From an uncultured Hyphomicrobiales bacterium (GTDB taxonomy: Bacteria; Pseudomonadota; Alphaproteobacteria; Rhizobiales; Devosiaceae), in NCBI GenBank assembly GCA_903828145.1, contig CAIKKY010000030.1, positions 49,658-113,657 of the forward strand: 64,000 nucleotides of DNA, given 5' to 3'. Below the pieces are notes generated by a model. It saw nothing but the letters and a program-made list of their open reading frames with translations, did not search any database and was not told where the DNA came from. Both the position numbers and the translations under genes were made by a program. Below are positions 58,274-64,000 of this stretch, one piece after another (within the stretch, counting starts at the first letter, position 1; each line of letters begins with the position of its first letter).

Positions 58274-58903
58274 ATGCGCGGCGTGACGGTTGTCGATCAT
58301 CCCCTGATCCAGCACAAGCTGACCATCATGCGCGACAAGGACACCTCGATTGCGAGTTTCCGGCGCCTCTTGCGCGAGATTGCGCACCTCATGTGCTACG
58401 AAGTGACCCGCGATCTCGAACTCGAACTGATCCCCATCGATACCCCGATGGCCCATATCGAGGCGCCGGCGATCAAGGGCAAGAAGCTGGTCTTCGCCTC
58501 CATCCTGCGGGCCGGTAATGGCCTGCTCGATGGCATGCTCGATCTCGTCCCCGCCGCGCGCGTTGCCCATATCGGCATTTACCGCGACCACGAGACGCTG
58601 GAGCCGGTGGAATATTACTTCAAGGCCCCGTCGGAACTCGAGAACCGCCTCATCATCGTGGTGGACCCGATGCTGGCGACCGCCAACTCGTCCATTGCGG
58701 CGGTCGATCAGCTGAAAAAGCGCGGCGCGAACAACCTGCGTTTCCTGTGCCTGCTCGCGGCGCCCGAAGGCATTGAAAAATTCACCAAGGCGCACCCCGA
58801 TGTGCCGGTGTTCACCGCCGCCATCGATAGCCACCTCAATGAAAAGGGCTATATCATTCCCGGTCTCGGCGATGCCGGCGACCGCATGTATGGCACCAAA
58901 TAG
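58274..58903 (+). CDS. upp: Uracil phosphoribosyltransferase
   Basis: [20 protein letters not shown] and PGLGDAGDR motifs. Confidence 0.97.
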   Translation: MRGVTVVDHPLIQHKLTIMRDKDTSIASFRRLLREIAHLMCYEVTRDLELELIPIDTPMAHIEAPAIKGKKLVFASILRAGNGLLDGMLDLVPAARVAHIGIYRDHETLEPVEYYFKAPSELENRLIIVVDPMLATANSSIAAVDQLKKRGANNLRFLCLLAAPEGIEKFTKAHPDVPVFTAAIDSHLNEKGYIIPGLGDAGDRMYGTK

Positions 58904-58905
58904 CC

Positions 58906-59526
58906 CTACAGGGGCTTGATCGGCAGGCCGAGCGCATGAAGCTCGCCGCGTAGTTTTGCGGCCGAGGTGAAATGCAGGGCGGTCATCCCCACGGCGCGGG
59001 CCGAAACGCAATTGGCCTCGTTATCGTCGATGAAGACGCAGCGCTCGGGCGCGTGCCCGAACCGCTCGCAGAACAGCCGGAAAATGCGCGGATCGGGCTT
59101 CACCAGCCCCTCGAGCCCCGACACCACCGCGCCATCGAATTTTTCGAGGAAGGGCCAGACGCCCAGGCAGCTCACCCACTTCTCCCAGGAGAAATTGGTA
59201 ATGGCAAAGGTGGGGACCTTGGCTGCAATCAGCTCGTCGTGGATCGCCATGGTGCCGGAATTCAGGGCGCCAAGCGTCTCGGTCCAGCGGGTGTCAAAGG
59301 CCTGAATCTCCCGCCAGTAGCGCGGATAGCGCGTGATGAGCCGCGCCACGCCTTCGGCGAAAATATCGCCCGCATCGAACTCGAGGTTCCAGGCCAGTGT
59401 ACAGATCGTGTCCTTGAACCATTGCGCCTCTGCCTCGGTGGCAAAGAGCTTGCGGAACAGAAACATCGGATCCCAGTCAACGAACACGCCGCCGAGGTCG
59501 AAAACGGGAATCAGGGTTTCGCGCAT
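58906..59526 (-). CDS. HAD family hydrolase/phosphatase
   Basis: FDLGGV, ITNFS, KPDPRIF and FIDD motifs. Confidence 0.88.
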   Translation of the reverse strand: MRETLIPVFDLGGVFVDWDPMFLFRKLFATEAEAQWFKDTICTLAWNLEFDAGDIFAEGVARLITRYPRYWREIQAFDTRWTETLGALNSGTMAIHDELIAAKVPTFAITNFSWEKWVSCLGVWPFLEKFDGAVVSGLEGLVKPDPRIFRLFCERFGHAPERCVFIDDNEANCVSARAVGMTALHFTSAAKLRGELHALGLPIKPL

Positions 59527-59541
59527 GTTGGGCTCCGATTT

Positions 59542-60072
59542 TCAAAATATAAGTCGAAGATAGCCGACCCGGGCGAAGAACGTCACAGTGTTGTCAATGG
59601 CAAGCCGGCTGAACATCGGCATAAGCGTATTTTCAGCCGTTCTATACCGGGCCTCGACGACAATGAGGTAGGTCGTCACCGTCGGGCGCTGGAAAGCCTC
59701 GTTCGGTGGTGCGAAGACGCTTTGAACATCGGTGTCGCCGATGTACCATTCCTTCATGAGGGTCCCTTCTGGACTGAGACTGAACTGGGTGACGCGGAAG
59801 GATACGGTTTCTGTGGCATCGATCCGCGCGACCTCGCGCGCCATCGCCCGGTACAGGCTAAAGGTATAGCGGGATATCTGGCCGCCGCCGACGCCGCTGA
59901 CCAGCGCGCCGAGGGTCATGGCGGCCTTTTCTACCCGCGCCGCCGTCGAATAGACCTGCCCGCCAAATGCGCCGCCGAGGAGCAGGAGGACCATCAGCGG
60001 CGCGATGAGGGCAAATTCCACCGCCGCAGCACCCGAAACGTCGCGAAACAGCCCAGCGCGCCTTGACCTCAT
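59542..60072 (-). CDS. tadE: TadE/TadG-like pseudopilin
   Basis: Prepilin cleavage motif SG|AAAVEFALIAP plus a hydrophobic helix. Confidence 0.75.
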   Translation of the reverse strand: MRSRRAGLFRDVSGAAAVEFALIAPLMVLLLLGGAFGGQVYSTAARVEKAAMTLGALVSGVGGGQISRYTFSLYRAMAREVARIDATETVSFRVTQFSLSPEGTLMKEWYIGDTDVQSVFAPPNEAFQRPTVTTYLIVVEARYRTAENTLMPMFSRLAIDNTVTFFARVGYLRLIF

Positions 60073-60566
60073 GACGGTAGCTTTTCCTTGCGGACATACC
60101 GGACCACATGAAAAAACTGCGTGCGCCGAACGGAAAACAGCGCGCTGAGATCGCCGAGGGTGAAGAGGTCTGGCCGGAGATAGTTCATCTCGACCCGGAT
60201 AATGTCGCCAATGCTGCCACGGCCATAGGGGTCAATCACACGCGGGCAGCTCGGTAAGCGACAGGAGCGCGCCGGGTCGATCTGCGGCAGTATGGTGATC
60301 TGGAGCCTGTTGCAGTCCACGAGTCCCAGAAGGTCTGAGCACGCCTGTTCTCGGATGAAATCATCCGAGTAGAGCGCCTGCGCAGCAGGTGCGGTCTGAA
60401 GCAGGCGTTCTGCTTTGTCGGCGGCCCCTTCCAGCAATTGCTGGGTCAAGAGGCCTGTGGCCGTCTGGATGAGCATCAGCACCAGCCCGAAAAACAGCGG
60501 CGACAGCAGGGCGAATTCAACCGCCGTCGCCCCCCGGGTATCGCCAATCAGGCTGCGAAGGCGCAT
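60069..60566 (-). CDS. tadE: TadE-like pseudopilin
   Basis: RG|ATAVEFALLSP plus a hydrophobic helix; ATGA overlap with the downstream pseudopilin. Confidence 0.78.
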   Translation of the reverse strand: MRLRSLIGDTRGATAVEFALLSPLFFGLVLMLIQTATGLLTQQLLEGAADKAERLLQTAPAAQALYSDDFIREQACSDLLGLVDCNRLQITILPQIDPARSCRLPSCPRVIDPYGRGSIGDIIRVEMNYLRPDLFTLGDLSALFSVRRTQFFHVVRYVRKEKLPS

Positions 60567-60572
60567 CTCGCT

Positions 60573-61025
60573 TTACTGCCCGTGGGCCAGAGCCGAGAGC
60601 AGATCGGCAGAGCCCTTGATGCTTGCGCTGTAATCATAATCATCGCCAACCATAACCACGGGTTGGCAGGCCGGCGCGCAGTGCAGCGTGCCGCGCTTCA
60701 ACCCGCTGTAGATGGTGACGAGTCCCTCGTCAGCGGCCACGACCTCCACCACGGCATCGGCGAGGGCATTGCCCGACGCATCAAGGGCAATCAGATTGGT
60801 GAGGCCATAGCTCTTGCCGGTCAGCACCAGTGTGGTCGCATCCTCGATGGTGACATCGGCAATGCCCGGGTTGCCGATAATGACGGTCACCACGGGGCCG
60901 CTCACCCGCAGCACGCGCGCCATGTTGAGGGTCACGCTGAGCGGTGCCGCGTCGCTGGCCCATGCCGGGCCCATAGAGCAGAGCGCGCTTCCCAGCGCGA
61001 GGACGAGGGCGATAATCCGGGCCAT
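60573..61025 (-). CDS. Pilus assembly protein with secretin N-terminal-like domain only
   Basis: Signal peptide, VIIGNPGIADV, LTGKSYGLTNLIALD and C-terminal CAPAC; start could be 61049. Confidence 0.8.
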   Translation of the reverse strand: MARIIALVLALGSALCSMGPAWASDAAPLSVTLNMARVLRVSGPVVTVIIGNPGIADVTIEDATTLVLTGKSYGLTNLIALDASGNALADAVVEVVAADEGLVTIYSGLKRGTLHCAPACQPVVMVGDDYDYSASIKGSADLLSALAHGQ

Positions 61026-61288
61026 CACAACCTGCCTTGGTTTCCGCATTCGGTCAGTTATGACTGAAAATGGTGAATAAGATGCAAATTCGGGACCATT
61101 CCTTATGAATAGTATGAGCTTTTTCGCGCCGTTGGGATTGAGGTAAAAAGAGATGGTATTCAAGATATCTCAAATTTTATCGAAATGTAACTTGGGTTTA
61201 CGTATTAACACTGCGTCAATTATCCTCTCGTATAGTTCTCCATGCTGAGGTGCGTCACAGAGGCGCATCAGGGGGCAGGGAGCGTCGA

Positions 61289-61450
61289 TTGAAACATCTT
61301 GCGCGTCTATTGAATGATGAGTCCGGGGCGACTGCCATTGAATATGGCCTGATCGCAGCGCTGATCGCGGTGGGAATCATCGCAGCAGCAACCACGCTGG
61401 GCACCAATCTCAATGGCGTCTTCCAGCGCGTTGCCGATTCTCTTCATTGA
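61289..61450 (+). CDS. flp: Flp family type IVb pilin
   Basis: DESG|ATAIEYGLIAALI motif; TTG start after GGGAG SD. Confidence 0.95.
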   Translation: MKHLARLLNDESGATAIEYGLIAALIAVGIIAAATTLGTNLNGVFQRVADSLH

Positions 61451-61475
61451 TCTGGCACATCACGTCATCCCCGGC

Positions 61476-61979
61476 GTGTCGGCAGCGCTATGGCTGCTTT
61501 ATCCGATTGGTCTTAGCGCAGCGGCAGGCTGGGATCTGGCGACCTATCGCATTCCCAACCGCCTGACCCTCGGGCTTCTCGGGGTTACGCTTGCGGCGCT
61601 CAGCGTCACGGCCTGGCCAGAGCCCCGCTTGGTCATGCCGCATCTGGTTTCGGGCGCCCTGGTGTTTGCGCTCGGCTTCATCCTCCACACCCTGCGGGTG
61701 ATGGGCGGTGGCGACGTAAAGCTCGCCAGCGTTATGGCGCTGTGGTGCGGCCCTGCGGGTCTTGCCCCCCTCTTCATCCTTACGGCGGTCCTCGGCGGAG
61801 TTTTGACGCTGGCCCTGCTGTCGCTCCGGCGCTGGCCCCTGCCGCCGCGACTCGCCGCCATTCCGGCCATCGCACGGCTTCATGCGCCCCAATCGGGCGT
61901 GCCCTATGGCGTGCCGCTGGCTCTCGCCGGGCTGCTGGTCTTCTCTGAAACCGATCTCACCCAGATGCTGTTGGGCTAA
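61476..61979 (+). CDS. cpaA: Prepilin peptidase (A24)
   Basis: WDLATYRIPN, MGGGDVKL and VPYGVPL motifs; start uncertain. Confidence 0.88.
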   Translation: MSAALWLLYPIGLSAAAGWDLATYRIPNRLTLGLLGVTLAALSVTAWPEPRLVMPHLVSGALVFALGFILHTLRVMGGGDVKLASVMALWCGPAGLAPLFILTAVLGGVLTLALLSLRRWPLPPRLAAIPAIARLHAPQSGVPYGVPLALAGLLVFSETDLTQMLLG

Positions 61980-62011
61980 GTGCCAAGCCGTAGGGCAATG
62001 ACAACGGTCTA

Positions 62012-62038
62012 TTAACCTAAACTTGAGGGTTTTTAACC
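62012..62038. promoter_or_regulatory. CtrA-like site upstream of cpaB
   Basis: TTAA-CCTAAAC-TTGA (62012-62026) plus TTAACC (62033-62038). Confidence 0.5.
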
Positions 62039-62085
62039 ACACTGGCGCCTGGCTGACCGGAAGCTCCGGCGGCGGGAGGCTCGTT

Positions 62086-62925
62086 ATGCGCGTGCGTCGC
62101 ATTGCACTGTTGGTCCTGGCGCTCGCCTGCGGCGGTGGCGCAACTGTGCTTGCCGGGCTGTCGGGGCGGAGCGAGGCCCCGAGCGTTGGCCCGACGCCAG
62201 TCTCCCCTGCCGATCAGGTGCTGGTAGCGAGCCAACCCATCGGCGTAGGCGAGCGGCTCGATGCGACGAAACTGAGCTGGCAGGATTGGCCGCACGATGC
62301 CCTCCGCGCCGATTACGTGTCGCGCGCCCATGATCCTGAAGCCCTCGACACGCTGAGCGGCACCATGGTGCGGTTCGAGATTTTCCCGGGCGAACCCATA
62401 CTCACCTCCAAGCTGGTCCGCTCCGATCAGGGCTATCTGTCGGCGGTTCTCGAGAAGGGCATGCGCGCCGTCTCGGTTGAAGTGAGCGCTGCCGCCGCCT
62501 CGGGGGGCTACATCATGCCCAATGATCGGGTCGATGTGGTGCTGACCACCACAGAAGGGGCGGCCGCCCAATCGGAAACCCTGCTCACCAATATCAAGGT
62601 GCTGGCAATCGGCCTGCGGCTCGGGGAAGCCGGGCAATCGGGCGCGGCCGCCACATCGAATCCGCAAGCCAACGTGTTTCAGGATGCCGCCATTGCCATT
62701 CTCGAGCTGGCGCCCGGCGAAACCGAAGCCGTCATCAACGGTGGCCGCCAGGGGGCGCTGTCGCTGGTGCTGCGGGCGCTTGCCGATACGCCCACTGGTT
62801 CCGAACCGCTGCTGCGCGCCGGAACCCCGGGCAATGTCAACGTCATCCGCTTCGGCAATGCCACGGCGGTCGAAGCGCATGCGCTGACCCCCACGCCGAC
62901 CCAATCCGAGGTATCGTCCCGATGA
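62086..62925 (+). CDS. cpaB: Flp pilus assembly protein CpaB
   Basis: SAF-like VLVASQPIG, GMRAVSV, GGYIMPNDRVDV and NIKVLAI motifs. Confidence 0.93.
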   Translation: MRVRRIALLVLALACGGGATVLAGLSGRSEAPSVGPTPVSPADQVLVASQPIGVGERLDATKLSWQDWPHDALRADYVSRAHDPEALDTLSGTMVRFEIFPGEPILTSKLVRSDQGYLSAVLEKGMRAVSVEVSAAAASGGYIMPNDRVDVVLTTTEGAAAQSETLLTNIKVLAIGLRLGEAGQSGAAATSNPQANVFQDAAIAILELAPGETEAVINGGRQGALSLVLRALADTPTGSEPLLRAGTPGNVNVIRFGNATAVEAHALTPTPTQSEVSSR

Positions 62926-64000
62926 GCATCCGGTTGCGCTTTCCCTTTATCATCGGGCTCGTTCTTGCCGCCGGACTGGCTTTTGGCCCGGCCCTCGCCG
63001 AGGAAACCGGCCATATTGCCGTCGCGCCCGAAAATGTCGGGCTCACGCGGCCCGTGTCGCTGGCGATCAATACGTCGGTGATTCTCGATTTGCCCGAGGA
63101 TGTGTCCGAGGTCATCGTTTCGCAGCCGGAGGTGGCCAATGCCGTGCTCCGCACCAAGCGCCGCGCCATTGTGCAGGCCGCTGGACCGGGGGCGACCAAT
63201 ATCTTCTTCATGGCCGCCGATGGGCGCACCCTGGCGCTTCTCGATGTCAGCGTGCTGAATTCGGTGCCCGATGTCGCGGCGGCGCTGCGCGCGGCCTATG
63301 CCGAGGTGATCCCTGAGGCCAACATCGATGTCACCGCCATTGCCACGCCGGGGCCCGATGGCAACGCCATCACACATGTCATCCTCTCGGGCACTGCCCC
63401 CACCCCCGATGATGTGCAAAAGGCCACGACCATCGCCGCCCAGTTCACCGGCGCGCCTGAAAACGTAGCCACCCTGATCACGCCGTTGGGCTCGCAGCAG
63501 GTGACGCTGAAGGTGACGGTGGCCGAGGTCAACCGGCAGGTGGCGCGCATGCTGGGCATTGATCTCACCGCCTCGCTCTCGGGCGGCCTCGTGGCGAAAC
63601 TGGTGTCCGAGCTGCCCAAGGGCGGCGTCGCCAACCTTGCAAACGGCTCGTCGCTGACCCTGTCGGGTGCAGGGAATTCGGTGACCGCCGCCCTCAAGGC
63701 GCTCGAACAGCAGCGGGCGGTGCGCACGCTCGCCGAGCCAACCCTCACCGCGCTTTCGGGCCAGCCGGCGGATTTCCTCGCGGGTGGGCAGTTTGCAGTG
63801 CCAACCAATATCGATGGCGGGCAGGTGAGCTATTCCTACAAGGACTTCGGCCTCAAGCTCAGCTTCACACCCACGATCAAGTCCGGCGGGGTCATTCAGC
63901 TTCTGGTTGATACCTCGATGTCCGAATTGAGCGCCGAAGGCAGTGTAAGCGTTGGTTCCGCCAGCCTGCCGGGCATCAAGAACCGCCAGGCGAAGACGGC
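62922..64000 (+). CDS. cpaC: Pilus secretin CpaC/RcpA (runs off the window)
   Basis: ATG 62922 MSIRLRFPFIIGL..., then QQVTLKVTVAEV, RTLAEPTLTALSG, FLAGGQF and YKDFG secretin motifs. Confidence 0.9.
   Translation, partial: MSIRLRFPFIIGLVLAAGLAFGPALAEETGHIAVAPENVGLTRPVSLAINTSVILDLPEDVSEVIVSQPEVANAVLRTKRRAIVQAAGPGATNIFFMAADGRTLALLDVSVLNSVPDVAAALRAAYAEVIPEANIDVTAIATPGPDGNAITHVILSGTAPTPDDVQKATTIAAQFTGAPENVATLITPLGSQQVTLKVTVAEVNRQVARMLGIDLTASLSGGLVAKLVSELPKGGVANLANGSSLTLSGAGNSVTAALKALEQQRAVRTLAEPTLTALSGQPADFLAGGQFAVPTNIDGGQVSYSYKDFGLKLSFTPTIKSGGVIQLLVDTSMSELSAEGSVSVGSASLPGIKNRQAKT

Noticed and set aside
60573-61163. 196-aa version of the pilus N-domain gene
   Set aside because: The first 46 codons are AT-rich intergenic sequence; the signal peptide starts at 61025 or 61049.
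1-64000. CRISPR arrays, tRNA or rRNA genes
   Set aside because: No regularly spaced repeats or cloverleaf/rRNA signatures found by eye in the intergenic regions.

Overview
GC-rich alphaproteobacterial chromosomal segment (Hyphomicrobiales-like; genus not determinable from sequence alone). No rRNA, tRNA, CRISPR array, transposase or integrase was recognised. Left to right: DMT transporter (partial), DoxX, preA/preT with a RutR-like operator, rlpA, a small stress-type protein, a sugar-dehydrogenase/cupin/SDR trio, AKR, VOC, dppABCDF, a degenerate GGDEF-EAL membrane protein behind five in-phase CtrA-type half-sites, and zur-znuBC/znuA. Next is a ~22 kb cobalamin cluster: riboswitch-cbtBA-cobW-cobN-cobO, a lower-GC membrane-protein/ImmA-IrrE pair, a CDF exporter, an eroded second riboswitch, cbiX-[DUF429-like]-cobH-L-I-cbiG/J-M, cobK-cbiD, cobB-Q-D and cobU. 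Then come a BadF-type kinase-zwf-pgl-edd operon, an uncharacterised three-gene coiled-coil/membrane operon (TelA-like, DUF6384-like, Gly-tailed), the nucleoside operon cdd-deoC-ALDH16-like-deoA-deoB-upp, a HAD hydrolase and the start of a Tad/Flp pilus locus. Best candidates for undescribed biology: the three-gene operon (47527-51169), the decayed B12 riboswitch plus the cbiX/DUF429-like module in a cobG-less hybrid pathway, the membrane-protein/IrrE cassette, and the CtrA array. All family assignments come from motif recognition by eye; no database searches were run.
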